Under the pieces are notes generated by a model that was not told the DNA's origin, did not search any database, and saw only the letters and a list, made by a program, of their open reading frames with translations. Both the position numbers and the translations under genes were made by a program. DNA of 64,000 nt, taken from NCBI GenBank assembly GCA_964016885.1, contig OZ024762.1, positions 22,878,001 through 22,942,000 of the forward strand, in the 5' to 3' direction. The stretch is from Eledone cirrhosa (taxonomy: Eukaryota). How positions within the stretch are numbered: position 1 is the stretch's first letter; each line of letters begins with the position of its first letter. Shown in pieces: positions 48,463-62,693 of the stretch.

Positions 48463-49292
48463 TTGACCACCGAGTCCATTGTCATGATCAAACCGCCACC
48501 CTCCTTCAAAAACGAAGGAGAGGCGGTTTTCCTTTGTGTGATAGCTATGGCGAAAGAGGTTGTATGGTGGACAAGGTTGAAAGGGCTGAGGTCAGACACC
48601 TTTCTCTCCGGCCAACAACTGATTCTTTTTTTCAAATACCACTTTGGAAGAAGAATCAGGATGGAGAGAGAGGTGCTGTACCCCAGCAAGTTTTATGAAA
48701 GGTGGGTGAAAGTGGCGAGAATGGCCCGAGTGAATGGGCTTTCTCTCTATATCAGTCTGTAGGTTGAGGAAAAAGAGGAGGAGAGGAAAGGAGTACAAAC
48801 TCTTCGTACTCCTGGAGATGAGGGTTGCACATTTTTTTTTCGAGGGTATGTGTTACCCATATGTAATGTCTCCCCCTATTGGGGAAAATCGATTCATTTT
48901 TAAATTGCATTTGTGTTAATATTTTACACGTTTTTATTGTATGTAAACTTCCCCCTTTGTATTTGTCCCATTCTTTTGTGCCCCTGTGGCTAATAAAGAA
49001 ACATATCTATCTGAAAATGGCCCGAGTGATTGGGCCTTCCCTGTTTATAAACCTGTAGATTGAAGAAGAGAGCAAAATGAAGAAAGGAGCACTTGCACAA
49101 CACGCTCCTCGAGTTGAGGGTTGTTCTATCTACGGGGTATTTAACAACCCATTGTGGCACCTCCCCCCTATTGGGCATTTCGATTGTTGTAATTATTTGT
49201 TTTTATATTTTTTTACACGACTGTATGTAAAATCCCCGGCATGTCTTTGTATTGTCCCCTTTTCTTGTGCGCCCTTGTGGCTAATAAAGAAA
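48463..49292 (+). mobile_element. L1/Tx1-like LINE 3' end with duplicated 3' UTR
   Basis: ORF end ..AKEVVWWTR..RRIRMERE..KFYERW to 48762; UTR 48715-49001 repeated at 49014-49292, each ending gtggctaataaagaaa. Confidence 0.6.
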
Positions 49293-49383
49293 TATATCCA
49301 TCTATCTGTCTACCTGTTTGTCTTCTCTGTCTGTTTATCCATCTGTCTGTCTGTCTGTCTGTCTGTTTATCTCTCTATCTGTT

Positions 49384-49417
<34 letters not shown>

Positions 49418-49720
49418 GATCTCTCTGTCTGTCTCTCGATCTCTCTATCTATCACTCTCTCTCTCTATCTATCTCTTTCTATCTCTTTCTATCTCTCTCT
49501 CTCTCTCTCACGATCTCTCTATCTCCCCCCTCTCTCTCTCTCACGATATCTCTAACTCCCCCCTCTCTCTCACGATCTCTCTATCTCTCTGTCATGATGT
49601 TTCTATCTCTTTATCTCTCTCTCGCCATCTCTCTATCTATCTCTTTCTCTCTCTCTATCTCTATCTCTCTCTACCTCTCTATCTCTCTCTCACGATCTCT
49701 CTATCCCCCTCTATCTCTTG

Positions 49721-49756
<36 letters not shown>

Positions 49757-49900
49757 AACGATCTTTCTATCTCTCTATCTCTTTATCTCTCTCTCGCTCA
49801 CGTTTTCTATCTCTCTCTCGATCTCTCGATCTCTCGATCTCTCTCTATCTATCTATCTATCTATCCGTCTCTATGTTTATTTACCTGTTTGTCTTTGTGT

Positions 49901-49947
<47 letters not shown>

Positions 49948-50214
49948 ACTACGGGATTGTGTAGTTATTTTGCAGTACTTGTGGTTCAGGGCAATACAAG
50001 AAGACTTAGCTAAAGGGAGCTCCAGGGAGAAGCTAAAACGTAATAAAAGGCAATAAACGAGATAAAACTTATTTAAAAAACTGTTCACATTCTGCCTCTT
50101 ATTGTTCGTGTATAAGCAATTTCAAAGAATTGCCCGCGGGGATAGGATCTTCTGAAATTAATTCAAGAAAGGTGGGAGAAGACAACGGAAGATAGGGACA
50201 TATATTGCAACATT

Positions 50215-50322
50215 AATCCCGCCGAGGTCAACTTTGCCTTTCATCCTTACGGGGTCGATAAAATAAAGTACCAGTAATGTACTGGTTATTTGCTGGCCTT
50301 GTGCCAAAAAGTAGAAACAATT
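50215..50322 (+). mobile_element. SINE family 1, 5'-truncated
   Basis: Core and tail match. Confidence 0.85.
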
Positions 50323-50367
50323 ATATATATATATATATAATATATATATATATATATGTATATATAT

Positions 50368-50550
50368 AACGAAGGAAATGTGGTAAGGAACCAGATGGAC
50401 CATAACGCACCAAAGTACTCAATACTTAGGGTAGTAGAGTGGGTAAGAGGAACGAGTACGACCCCGACGGCTGAGCTCAAGCCGTTTCGACGGCTAATTC
50501 TGGACAGAATTAGCCGTCGAAACGGCTTGAGCTCAGCCGTCGGGGTCCTA
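50368..50550 (-). mobile_element. Family A full copy
   Basis: Near-identical to 34258-34450. Confidence 0.9.
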
Positions 50551-50883
50551 CCGATACTGTCAATTCACCGCCTTTATATATATATATATTATATATAATA
50601 TATATCTGTATATATTATATATGTATATATATATATATATTATATAATATATATGTGTATATATTATATATGTATATATATATATATATTATATAATATA
50701 TATGTATATATATTATATATATATTATATATACATATATAATATATTATATCATATATATATATATTGATATAAATATATATATATATTATATAATGTAT
50801 ACATATATTATGATATAAATATATATTATATGTGTTATATAATATATATATATATTATAATATATATGTATATATATACATAC

Positions 50884-50982
50884 ACACATGTCCCCAAAAA
50901 TGTATATATACTTAAACAGCATTCTAATAAATATTTCCTGTACAGGTAATCAAAGTATGTATAGATTTTGTGGACACCCTGT
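50884..50982. mobile_element. Tc1/mariner-type MITE, third copy (inverted)
   Basis: cagcattctaataaatatt..tgtacaggtaatcaa..ggacaccctgt. Confidence 0.7.
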
Positions 50983-51224
50983 GTGTGTGTGTGTGGGGGG
51001 GGGGGTATGTCTGTCTGTGCGTATATGTGGATATATATGTGTGTGTCTCTGCGTGTGTGTGTGTGTCTGTGTGTGTGTGTCTCTCTGTGTGTCTGTGTGT
51101 GTGTGCGTGTATATGCATGTGTGTGTCTGCGTGTATGTGTGTGTGTGTGTCTCTGCTTGTGTCTGTGTGTCTATATATATGCTTATGTCTCTGCACGCGC
51201 GCATGTGTGTGTGTGTATGCGTGT

Positions 51225-51265
<41 letters not shown>

Positions 51266-51766
51266 ACTTTTTCGTGATTTGCAAGGGGTCGAAAACCAGC
51301 ACCCATGGCTCCCTTTTAATGGTCACTATGTCTAGCAGCAAGTTGGTGGGAATGAAATATTTTAACCTCAAATAAAAGACATGGACTGAAATCTTGCAAC
51401 AGAACGAACTCTATTGAAACCCCTATTCCCTCTTCCACCATTTTAGCCGTTGGGTTAACGTCGTCCAACACAAATGGAAGTAGAAAAGTAATATTAGTAG
51501 CAGTAGTAGAAGTAGTTTTGAAAGAATATTGAAAGAAGACCAGTAAGAATGTCGAAAGACTCACAACCAACAAATCAATCAATAACGTTTCCTATTTTCT
51601 TTCTTTCGTCTCTCTTTCACACAATTATTCTCTCCTTCATTTCACTCCACATCTCCTTCGTTCATAGCAAAAATGTAAAGTGCATCCTTAGTTAAATTAT
51701 TGTTGCTTTTGTTATTACTATTATTATATATTTTATATTATTATTATATATTTATTATATATTTTA

Positions 51767-51880
51767 TGAGTTCAAATCCCGCCGAGGTTAACTTTGCCTT
51801 TCATCCTTACGGGGTCGATAAAATAAAGTACCAGTAATGCACTGGGTGTTTGCTGGCCTTGTGCCTAAAGTAGAGACAAT
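51767..51880 (+). mobile_element. SINE family 1, 5'-truncated
   Basis: B box to tail; ttattatatatttt on both sides. Confidence 0.85.
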
Positions 51881-52109
51881 TATTATATATTTTGTGCATT
51901 TTTTAAATTAAAATATGGAGCGGGTGGGGTGGGTTGGGGGTTCAAATACATTTCTTTCATTTTAAATCGTCAGACGAAGTGTGTTGGTGCATTTAGTGAG
52001 CAACCTTTAAATTCTAGGTTCAAATACCATCCAAACAACTACATACCCCAACAACACACTCACACATCCAACCACCCATACACCAAGCTACCAACCCAAA
52101 TATCCAACC

Positions 52110-53705
52110 AACTACACACTGAACCAAGCACACACACACAGCTACACACTGAACCATCCAACCAAGCACACACACACACACACACGCAGCTACACACTGA
52201 ACCATCCAACCAAGCACACACACACACACACACGCAGCTACACACTGAACCATCCAACAAAGCACACACACACACACACACACACACACAGCTACACACT
52301 GAACCATCCAACCAAGCACACACACACACACACACACACACAGCTACACAGTGAACCATCCAACCGACCACACACGCACACACACACGCACACACACACA
52401 CAGATACACAGTGAACCATCCATCCAACCAACCACACAACACACAGCTACACAGTGAACTATCCAACCAACCACACAACACACGCAGCTAAACACTGAAT
52501 CCCCCAACCAGCTACTCACCCAATAACCCAACCAAATACACAACTGACTAACAACACAACCAACTAAAAAGAGTCAACTGACCAGAGCTCCCCACGCCCC
52601 CACAACCAACCACACACTGTTAACAGACCACAGTCAACCAAACACCCACAACCTACCACCCATGTAGCCTACCACACACCTAACTAAGCACACAGTCAAC
52701 CGACCAGCCACTCTAACGACCCCCTCCCCCCCCCCCCCAACCATCAGAACACAGCTACCTAGCCGCACACTCGCATCATTAACCATCCACCCCTTTAGGA
52801 AACCACATACAACTATCAGTACAAAGCCACCTTGACACACGCACGCACGCACACGCACACAAACACGCACGCACGCGCGTTCAGCCAGCCAGCCAGCCGC
52901 GGCACACACACGCAGCCAGCCACACACACACATCTACCCACACGCACACAACCAACCAACCACACACACAGTAAAAGAGCCAACCACATATACACACAAC
53001 TACGCACACACACAACCAACGAACGACACACACACACATCTACCCAGCACTCGCCAACGAACCAACCAACCAACCACACACACATACACACCTAACCAAC
53101 CACAAACACACACAACTAACCAACCACACACACACACAACTAACCAACCACATACACACAGAGCCAAACAGCCAACCACAGATACACACAACTACACACA
53201 CACACAACCAACGGACCACACACACACACACACACACACACACATCTACCCACATACTCGCCAGCAACGACATATACACACACACACAGCCAACCACACA
53301 TACACACACACAGGCAGATAGCTAGCCAACCACACACACACAGCCAACCAACCAACCACACACAACCAACCAACCACACACACATATTTACCCCCACACC
53401 CGCCAACCAACCACACCCACACAGCCAACCAACCAGCCACAGACACACAACCAACCAACCACACACACACATATTTACCCACACACATGCCAACCAACCA
53501 CACCCACACAGCCAACCAACCAACCACAGACACACAACCAACCAAACACACGCCCGCCAACCAACCACACACACACACAGCCAAACAGCGAACCACGCAT
53601 ACACACAACCAACGAACCACACACATACATCTACCCACACACACACAACCAACCAACCACACACACACAGAAAACCACACACCCACACACCCACACAACC
53701 TACCA
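52110..53705. repeat. CA/CAAC-rich minisatellites
   Basis: gctacacactgaaccatccaaccaag(ca)n unit, then caacc/ca mosaics. Confidence 0.85.
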
Positions 53706-54118
53706 ACGCAAGAACATTTCCTGTCTGTCAGCAGTTTGGCAGAATGCTGCTAGAAAGATTCTATAAACAATTGAATTGATTCCGATAAAATCTTCCCTTA
53801 TCAGTGAGCTGGCTTAAAGACTGTATTGTGGTTTTGATGTTGCTACCACTCAGCGGCTCACCTTTATATACCTGGCTCTACTAAATGACCCACCTATCGT
53901 AGCCTCTTGAAACACAGCAGTGTATGTTAGAATAACAAAGTCACCTTTGTGTAGGGCATCGAAGAAAATAATCGTTAAGATCTAGATATTCTTTGCCGAG
54001 AGCAATATTAGATAATCAGTTTCGTGCTACAAAGATGTTCAATTAGAAACGTTACAAGCTAACAATGGGGCCTCAATATGTGGTCAGTCAATAGGTTAGA
54101 CACAACACAGAATCAGTC

Positions 54119-54790
54119 TACGAGGGTCAGCTGAAAGAAATCACAGCCTGACTCTCAAATATAGATGCTAGAGCTGTGGAATCTTGCATCCATTTACATC
54201 AACTTTTCTTATCAATAAACTGCATTGTTTCAGTCCAGGCACTATGTTGAAAAATAAACCTCATGTTGAAAAAATAAACCTCATGTTGAAAAATAAACCT
54301 CATGTTGAAAAATAAACCTCATGTTGAAAAATAAACCTCTTGTGGAAAAATAAACCTCATTTTGTCATTCCATCCCTTTATTCCAGCAGTAACTGAGGAA
54401 AACAATTGACAATTGACAATTGTTTCGGAGTGTTTTGCTCAATAAACTTCATTGCTTCAGTCCAGGCACTATGTTGAAAAATAAACCTGATGTTGAGAAA
54501 TAAACCTTTTGTTGAAAAATAAACCTCATGTTGAGAAATAAACCTCTTGTTGAAAAATAAACCTCATGTTGAAAAATAAACCTCTTGTTAAAAAATAAAC
54601 CTCATGTTGAAAAATAAACCTCATGTTGAAAAATAAACCTCATGTTGAAAAATAAACCTCTTGTTAAAAAATAAACCTCATGTTGAAAAATAAACCTCAT
54701 GTTGAAAAATAAATCTCCTTTGGTTAATCCATCCCTTTATTCCAGCTGTAGCTGAGAGAAAACAATTGACAATTGTTTCGTAGTGTTTTG
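54119..54790. repeat. Mariner-like TIR start followed by duplicated block of 19-bp tandem repeats
   Basis: TA-CGAGGGTCAGCTGAAA; catgttgaaaaataaacct arrays at 54244-54360 and 54471-54714. Confidence 0.65.
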
Positions 54791-55408
54791 CTCCTTGTCA
54801 AGATTGTATATTCTGCTCGCTTGTTTCCTGCTGGAACTGTTGAGGGTACATAGTATTCTTAAATGTATACATAGGCTGATTAACGGAAAATTATACAGAA
54901 TAAAAAGAGTGTTTACGAAGCAAACATTCCTACAATGATACGATTGGAACAGAAAAATAATTGGAAAGTTGTAATTATTTATAGTATGTTGTATTTTATT
55001 ATCAGGCAACAATCCTTGTCATAGATAGTGTATTAAATAATTAAATATTGATTAGAACATTTTGTACAGCAAATGGAATTGTTTACTGATGTGGTAGAGT
55101 TCTGAGGATATCCTATTATACCGAATAGATTATATTTCCTATCAAATATTGTCGAAGAAAATGTCAAACCTTTTAAAAATGGTGGAAGAGAAATATACGG
55201 ATACAATTTTGTGTGTGTATGCGTATATATATGTGTGCGTATATATGTGTATGTGTATATATGTTTGTGTGGGTGTATTTATTTTTGTGTGTGTTTGTGT
55301 GTGTGTGTACAGGTATGTGTGAGTGTGTGTGTGTGTGTGTGTGTGCGCGTATGTTTTATGTATATATGTATATATATGTATGTATATGTATGTGTGTGGA
55401 GGTATATG

Positions 55409-55439
<31 letters not shown>

Positions 55440-55501
55440 CGGTGCACGTATGTTTGCATATATATATGTGTGTGTGTGTAGGTATGTGTAAATGTGTATG
55501 C

Positions 55502-55533
<32 letters not shown>

Positions 55534-55910
55534 GTGTGTGTGTATATATATGTATATATGCGTATATGAACATATATATATATGTGTGTTTGTATATATA
55601 AATATGTGTATATGTATGTGTATGTGTGCGTATATATATATATATATGTATGTGTGTGTATATATATATGTGTGTGTGTGTATGTGTGTATGTATATATA
55701 TAAATGCGTGTTGTGATGGAGTCGTGTCGTCATAGTTGCAACGTAGAGCTTTTCTTAGTCATGTTTGAATTAACATGGTGGAGGGGGGGGTCACCCCTTC
55801 ATCCTCTCCAGATCTAAACGGTGCTGAGACTTCCATATCTTTCCTGAAGCAATTAAATGGAAATCACTTTATTTCAATATATATATGTATATATATATAT
55901 ATATATATAG

Positions 55911-56020
<110 letters not shown>

Positions 56021-56043
56021 GTATATATATATATATATATACG

Positions 56044-56089
<46 letters not shown>

Positions 56090-56231
56090 TATATATATAT
56101 ATATATATATACACGTATATATATATATATATATATATATACGTATATATATTAGTGCGTATAGATGTGTTTGTATTCACACATGTCTTTTTATACATAT
56201 TGATACATACTTAACAGAAGCATAACTGTAG

Positions 56232-56286
<55 letters not shown>

Positions 56287-56315
56287 TATATATATACACG
56301 CGCACACACAAACAG

Positions 56316-56355
<40 letters not shown>

Positions 56356-56450
56356 GTATATATATATGTATATATATATGTATATATATATGTATATATA
56401 TTTATATATATTATATATATATATATGTATATATATTATATATATGTATA

Positions 56451-56517
<67 letters not shown>

Positions 56518-56647
56518 ATTACATACATATGTATGTAATATATATTATATATATATATTACATATATATATATAATATATATATATATATAATCCTAGTA
56601 TATATATATATATATATATAAAACTAGTATACATATAGAAAGAGATT

Positions 56648-56976
56648 TTGAGTATATGTTGGTTGTATACCAACACCGCAGTATGCAGGCTGGAGCACTC
56701 GACGTTGTGTGCAAGTTGGTTTGGTTACTCCGGAGTAATGTAAAATAAAGTAAAATAAAAAGTCAAATGTTTAAAATTAAGCTTCGTTTATTACTGCTAT
56801 ATATATTTCAGTGACAGCCATCTTTGGCTGTGACCTCTTCAGGCAGTCTGAATTAGTGTGGTAGAGACAAGTACATATGTTGTTGAGGTGTTTAACTTTG
56901 TTAATACTCTGATATGCCCAGTTCCTGGTTGGGTTGTTGTTTCACTGAGGAACTGGAATCATATTTTATTTAACTT

Positions 56977-56982
<6 letters not shown>
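56648..56982 (-). mobile_element. PLE-like terminal fragment, homolog of 61075-61718
   Basis: Shared tail, hammerhead and upstream sequence. Confidence 0.8.
56793..56847 (-). ncRNA. Minimal type I hammerhead ribozyme
   Basis: actgc-CTGAAGA-ggt c acagcca aaga tggctgt c act-GAAAT ATAT ATA-gcagt. Confidence 0.8.
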
Positions 56983-57021
<39 letters not shown>

Positions 57022-57111
57022 TATATACATATATATGTATATATATATTATATATATATATTACATATATATATGTAATATATATTATATATATATATAT
57101 ATATATATTAC

Positions 57112-57143
<32 letters not shown>

Positions 57144-57156
57144 ATATATAGATATA

Positions 57157-57217
57157 GAGTCCAGGATTAGCCGTCGAAACGGCTTGAGCTCAGCCGTCGG
57201 GGTCTTACTGGTTCCTA
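57157..57217 (+). mobile_element. Family A half copy
   Basis: ttagccgtcgaaacggcttgagctcagccgtcggggtc. Confidence 0.85.
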
Positions 57218-57613
57218 TATAGATATATAGATATATATATATGTATATATGTGTGTGTGTAAGTAATATAAAACATGGTGGCGCACACATTATACACACA
57301 CTCATATACAAACAGAAATACACACACACATATATATATACATACACACATATATATATATATATATATATACACAGAAACATATTTATATATACACACA
57401 CACATATATATATATATATACATACACACACGTATATATATATATATACAAACACACACTTATATATATATATTTATATATCTACACACACACGTATATA
57501 TATATATATATATATACACACCCACATATATATATTTATATATATATATACACACACACATATATATATATACACACAAATATATATATATAAACACATA
57601 TATATATATATAT

Positions 57614-57654
<41 letters not shown>

Positions 57655-57695
57655 TATATATCTATATATACACATATATATATATATATACACAC

Positions 57696-57760
<65 letters not shown>

Positions 57761-57831
57761 TATATATATATATACACATATATATATATATATATACAGA
57801 CATATATATATATATACACACATATATATAT

Positions 57832-57870
<39 letters not shown>

Positions 57871-57879
57871 TATATATAT

Positions 57880-57924
<45 letters not shown>

Positions 57925-58149
57925 AACATATATATATATATATACACCACATATATATATACACACACACACACATATATATATATACACACACACATAT
58001 ATATATACACACACACATATATATAAACACACCGAGAAGAACAGTATTAATCAGACGGCAGATATTATTGGAGACTCCCAAAACAGTGAAAGAACTTTCG
58101 AAACTACACTAGTATAATACTTTAAAGGTCAACTGGCTACTAATACTAG

Positions 58150-59182
58150 TAGTGGTGATGTGGTGGTGGTGGGGTGGTGGTGGTGGTGTGGTGGTGGTGG
58201 GGTGTGGGGGGTGTGGCGGAAGTGATGGGGGTGGGGTGGAAGTGGTGGTGGTGGTGGTGGTTTGTAGTGGTGGTGGTGGTGGTGGTGGTGGTGGTGGTGT
58301 GGTGGCGGTGGCAGTCGTGGTAGTGGTGGGGGTTTGTAGTGGTGGTGGTGGTGTGGTGGTAGTTGTGGTGGCGGTATGGTGTGGTGGAAGTGGTGGTGGT
58401 GGTGGTGTTAGTGTGGTGGTGGTGGTGGTGGTGGTGTGGTGGTAGTTGTGGTGGCGGTATGGTGTGGTGGAAGTGGTGGTGGTGGTGGTGGTGTGGTGGT
58501 AGTTGTGGTGGCGGTATGGTGTGGTGGAAGTGGTGGTGGTGGTGGTGGTAGTGTGGTGGTGGTTTGTAGTGGTGGTGGTGTGGTGGTGTGGTGGTGGTGG
58601 TGTGGTTGAAGTGTTGGTGGGGGTTTGTAGTGGTGTGGTGGTGGTGATGGTGGTGGTAGTGTGGTGGTGGTTTGTACTGGTGGTGGCGTTGGTGGTGTGG
58701 TGGTGGTGGTGGTGGCGGTGGTGTGGTGTGGTGGAAGTGCTGGTGGTGGTCTGTAGTGGTGTGGTGGTGGTGGTGGTGGTGGTGGTGATGTGTGGTGTGG
58801 TGGATGTGGTGGTGGCGGTTTGTAGTGGTGGTGGTGGTGTGGTGGTGGTGGTGGTGGCGTGGTGGTGGTGGTGGTGACGTGGTGGTGGTGGCAGTCTTGG
58901 TAGTGGTGGTGGTGGGGGTTTGTAGTGGTGGTGGTGTGGTGGTTGTTGTGGTGGTGGTAGTGGTGGTAGTGGTGGTGATAGTGGTAATGGATTAGGGTGG
59001 TGGTGGTGGTAGTAGTAGTAGTAGAATTAGTATTAGTAGTCGTAGTCATATTGGTAATAGCAGCACTAGTGGTAGCATTAATAGTAGTAGCAATAGTCGT
59101 CGTAGTAGTAGTAACAGCAGCAGTAGTCGTATAGTAGTAGTAGTAGTAGTAATAGTAGTAGTAGTAGTAGTAGTAGTAGTAT
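58150..59182. repeat. (GGT)n then (AGT)n microsatellite
   Basis: Direct reading. Confidence 0.95.
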
Positions 59183-59310
59183 GATTGGAATAGTTATTGA
59201 TTCGTTAAAAAATTCCACAATATCTTGATATCGCTTTAAGGAAAAAAATGGTTATCGCCACGTGAGATTGAATGTATGTGTGTATGGTGTTGTGTATGTG
59301 TGTGTATATA

Positions 59311-59368
<58 letters not shown>

Positions 59369-59371
<3 letters not shown>

Positions 59372-60166
59372 GTTTCTGAATTTGTTCAGCAAGATCCTTT
59401 ATCTGAAAACGTGTGTTGAAACCGATATTGTTATACTTTGGGAGGGTCATGTTGCCAATAAGAAACACACGCACCAGGTGCTTTCACTTCAATTTATTAT
59501 AAGTTAAATTTATAAATTTAAGAATTTATAAATTTCCGGCTGGTTGGTTCGTTCCACAACCGGACGCTTCTTCATATATTGTCAAAGTTCTTTCGTCACA
59601 TATTCTGTGACCTCTTAGCAGTGACTGGGGATACTTTTCTTTGTTTTTGTGCGTCTCCTTTGTTCTGTCCTACGCCATCTTGTTTTTGTGTGTGTTGTGT
59701 GCTTAGTTTGCATCTGGATGTCTGTGTGTGTTTATATTTGTTTATTTATTTGTTTATTTACATGTATGTTACTGGCTGGTTGTTTGTTGTATGTGTGTTT
59801 CCATTTTGTCCTTAACTGTAAGTTGTGTTGTTGCTATTCCATTCATGTTTTCTATTTAATTTTGGTTGGAGTTCATTTATGTTTATTGCCTCTGTGATTT
59901 GTCTAAACATTGCGTTCTTTCTGTGTGTACATTCTGTGTGTAGATTCTATTTTTATTTCTATGTTCTCTAATTTACCCTGAAGAGGTCACAGAATGTGTG
60001 ACGAAAGAACTTTGACAATATATGAACAACCGTCCGGTTATGGAACCAACCAACCGGAAATTTATAAATTCTTAAATTTATCAATTTAACTTATAATAAA
60101 TTGGAGTGAACGCATGGTGCGTGTCTTTCTTATTGGCAACATGACCCTCCCAAAGCATAACCAATA
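59369..60166 (-). mobile_element. Foldback element (arms 59425-59616 / 59981-60166) with hammerhead-like core
   Basis: CTGAAGA g gtcaca gaatg tgtgac GAAA at 59978-60006; fragments at 10496-10530 and 61790-61890. Confidence 0.75.
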
Positions 60167-60223
60167 TATATATATATATATATATATATTGGTGTGCTTA
60201 CTTATTTAAATAAATATTATCTA

Positions 60224-60401
60224 ATTGGCAGTATCGGTAGAATGTCGGACGCCATGTTTTGCAGCGAAGAGTTACGGCCCTTTATGGTCTGAGTTCAAAT
60301 CCCGCCGAGGTTAACTTTGCCTTTCATCCTTACGGGGTCGATAAAATAAACTACCTGTAATGTAGTGGGTAATTGCTGGCCTTGTGCCAACAGTAGAAAC
60401 A
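60224..60401 (+). mobile_element. SINE family 1
   Basis: A and B boxes, core; attatctaa TSD. Confidence 0.9.
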
Positions 60402-60436
60402 ATTATCTAAGTATGTATGACTTCGAAATTGTGCTA

Positions 60437-60468
<32 letters not shown>

Positions 60469-60476
<8 letters not shown>

Positions 60477-60970
60477 TAAAATAACAGATTAAAGTTTAAG
60501 CAAAGAATCGCTGCTTTCACCCTTAACGGGATCTTCTGAAACTAACAAAGTCAATATGTAAACGCAGAACTGGATATTTCAAAAAACGTTGCAACCGGAG
60601 GAAGACAGGAAGACGATACTTTGGTTCGTGGTAACGTTCGCTGGCAAAGAACGGGAAAAAACGAATATATACGTCATTAATAGGAGCGGTGAAAAACAAT
60701 TACGCGCAAAGACAGAACCACGTTTATGGTATAAAAGAGGTCGTAGACTAATGTTCTCTTAGGTGGTGCATAGAGACGTTCTCTGGCAATGAACGAAAAA
60801 ACGAAGATAATACGTCATATGTGGAGCGTTAAGGGTGAAAGCAGCGATTCTTTGCTTAAACTTTAATCTGTTATTTTAATAAATATTTGCTCTACGGTTC
60901 TTATATATTTGATATATATTTATCCTTATCGAGCCCTCTTTGGATTTTAGTCTTCAAATTTATTATTACT
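60469..60970 (+). mobile_element. Foldback element (perfect arms ~60469-60528 / 60827-60886) with tail
   Basis: Minus strand CAGAAGA t ccc gttaa ggg t GAAA variant core; ~55-bp direct repeat in spacer. Confidence 0.7.
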
Positions 60971-61074
60971 ATATATATATATAAGTAGTTAGTTCTCAAC
61001 AATTAGTTCACCATACCGAGAACAAAAGTTTGAACGTATGCGGATCCTCACCATGGTCTGAATATATATATATA

Positions 61075-61506
61075 TTGAGTGTATGTTGGTTGTTTACCGA
61101 CACCTGAGTATGCAGATTCGAGCACTCGACGATGTACGCAGGGTGGTTTGTTTACTCCGGAGTAATATAAAATAATTAAGTCAAATATGTAAAATTTGGC
61201 TTCGTTTATTATAAATTATAGATATACAGCTATATATATTTCGGTGACAACCATCATTGGCTGTGACCAGCCATCATTGGATATGATTCCAGTTCCTCAG
61301 AGGAATAACAACACACTCAGGAGTTGGACATATCGATGTATTGCCGGAGTAAAACTCATTTCAACAACATGTGTACCTGTCTTTCCCACACCAATTCGGA
61401 CTGCCTGAAGAGGTCACAGCCAATAAGAGCTGTCACCGAAATATATATAGCAGTATATCTATAATTTATAATAAACTAAGTCAAATTTTACATATTTGAC
61501 TTTATT

Positions 61507-61546
<40 letters not shown>

Positions 61547-61715
61547 AGTCATTGGCTGTGACCTCTCCAGGCAGTCCGAATTGGTGTGGAAAAGACAGGT
61601 ACACATCTTGTTGAGGGTGTTTCACTACGTCAATACATCGATATTTACAGCTCCTGGGTGTGTTGTTATTCCTCTGAGGAACTGGAGTAAACAACCAACA
61701 TATACTCAATATACT

Positions 61716-61718
<3 letters not shown>
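61075..61718. mobile_element. Rearranged PLE-like foldback element, three segments in alternating orientation
   Basis: Arms ~61180-61267 / 61412-61502; third inverted piece 61547-61690. Confidence 0.8.
61400..61454 (+). ncRNA. Minimal type I hammerhead ribozyme
   Basis: actgc-CTGAAGA-ggt c acagc caataaga gctgt c acc-GAAAT ATAT ATA-gcagt. Confidence 0.8.
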
Positions 61719-61763
<45 letters not shown>

Positions 61764-62003
61764 TTCATTTTTTAATTTGCGTAAGAAGATTTCTTCTCTG
61801 AAAACGTGTTGAAACAGATATTGTTATACTCTGGGAGGGTTAATGAGGAGGTCATAGTATGTGTGACGAAAGGGCTTTGAGAATAAATAAACCCCCCATA
61901 GGTTTATCAAAACAACCAACCTCAATAATTGAAGTGGAAACCAACCGGTACGTGTGTTTCGATTGGCTGCATGATCCCCCCACTCCCCGAGTATTGCTCT
62001 CTC

Positions 62004-62057
<54 letters not shown>

Positions 62058-62061
<4 letters not shown>

Positions 62062-62240
62062 AAGAAAAAGAGATGAAATCGAAAATGCAACTGCAGTCTT
62101 ATTTTTTTTAAAAATATATATATTTTTAAAAAAAATAAGACTCCAGTTGCATTTTCGATTTCATCTCTTTTTCTTTATACTTTCACTCGTGTAGGACACC
62201 TCGGTTATTTTTCATTTCGTAAAAAAACCCTCACTTTCTA
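62058..62240 (+). mobile_element. Near-perfect ~120-bp palindrome centred on (TA)n, plus tail
   Basis: 62058-62179 is self-complementary. Confidence 0.7.
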
Positions 62241-62411
62241 ATATATATATATAGGTTTGTTGGTTCGCCACCGGATAGAACTGGTCATTCCGTATAGTCA
62301 CCGCAATGTAATATTAGGAAAAGCACTCGACTTTATCCAACTCAGTGTTTGCTATAATAAATCTTTAAGGAATTTCCCCAGTTCGGCCTCCTGCCGTGTT
62401 ACTCAATTATA

Positions 62412-62462
<51 letters not shown>

Positions 62463-62466
<4 letters not shown>

Positions 62467-62653
62467 AAAAGAGACAGGACCCCGACGACTGAGCTCCGGC
62501 CGTTTCGACAGCTAGTTCAGATCTAGCTGTCGAAACGGACGAACCTCAGCCGTCTGGATCCCGATTCTTTTCCTATTACCCACTCTACTACCCTAAGTAT
62601 TGAGTACTCTGGTGCGTTATGGTCCACCTGGTACCTTACCACACTCTCTTTGT

Positions 62654-62655
<2 letters not shown>
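62463..62655 (+). mobile_element. Family A diverged full copy
   Basis: Hairpin with ctagttcagatctag centre, same tail. Confidence 0.85.

Positions 62656-62690
<35 letters not shown>

Positions 62691-62693
<3 letters not shown>

Noticed and set aside
58152-59049. Pro/His/Thr-rich or Gly/Val-rich ORFs
   Set aside because: (GGT)n microsatellite.
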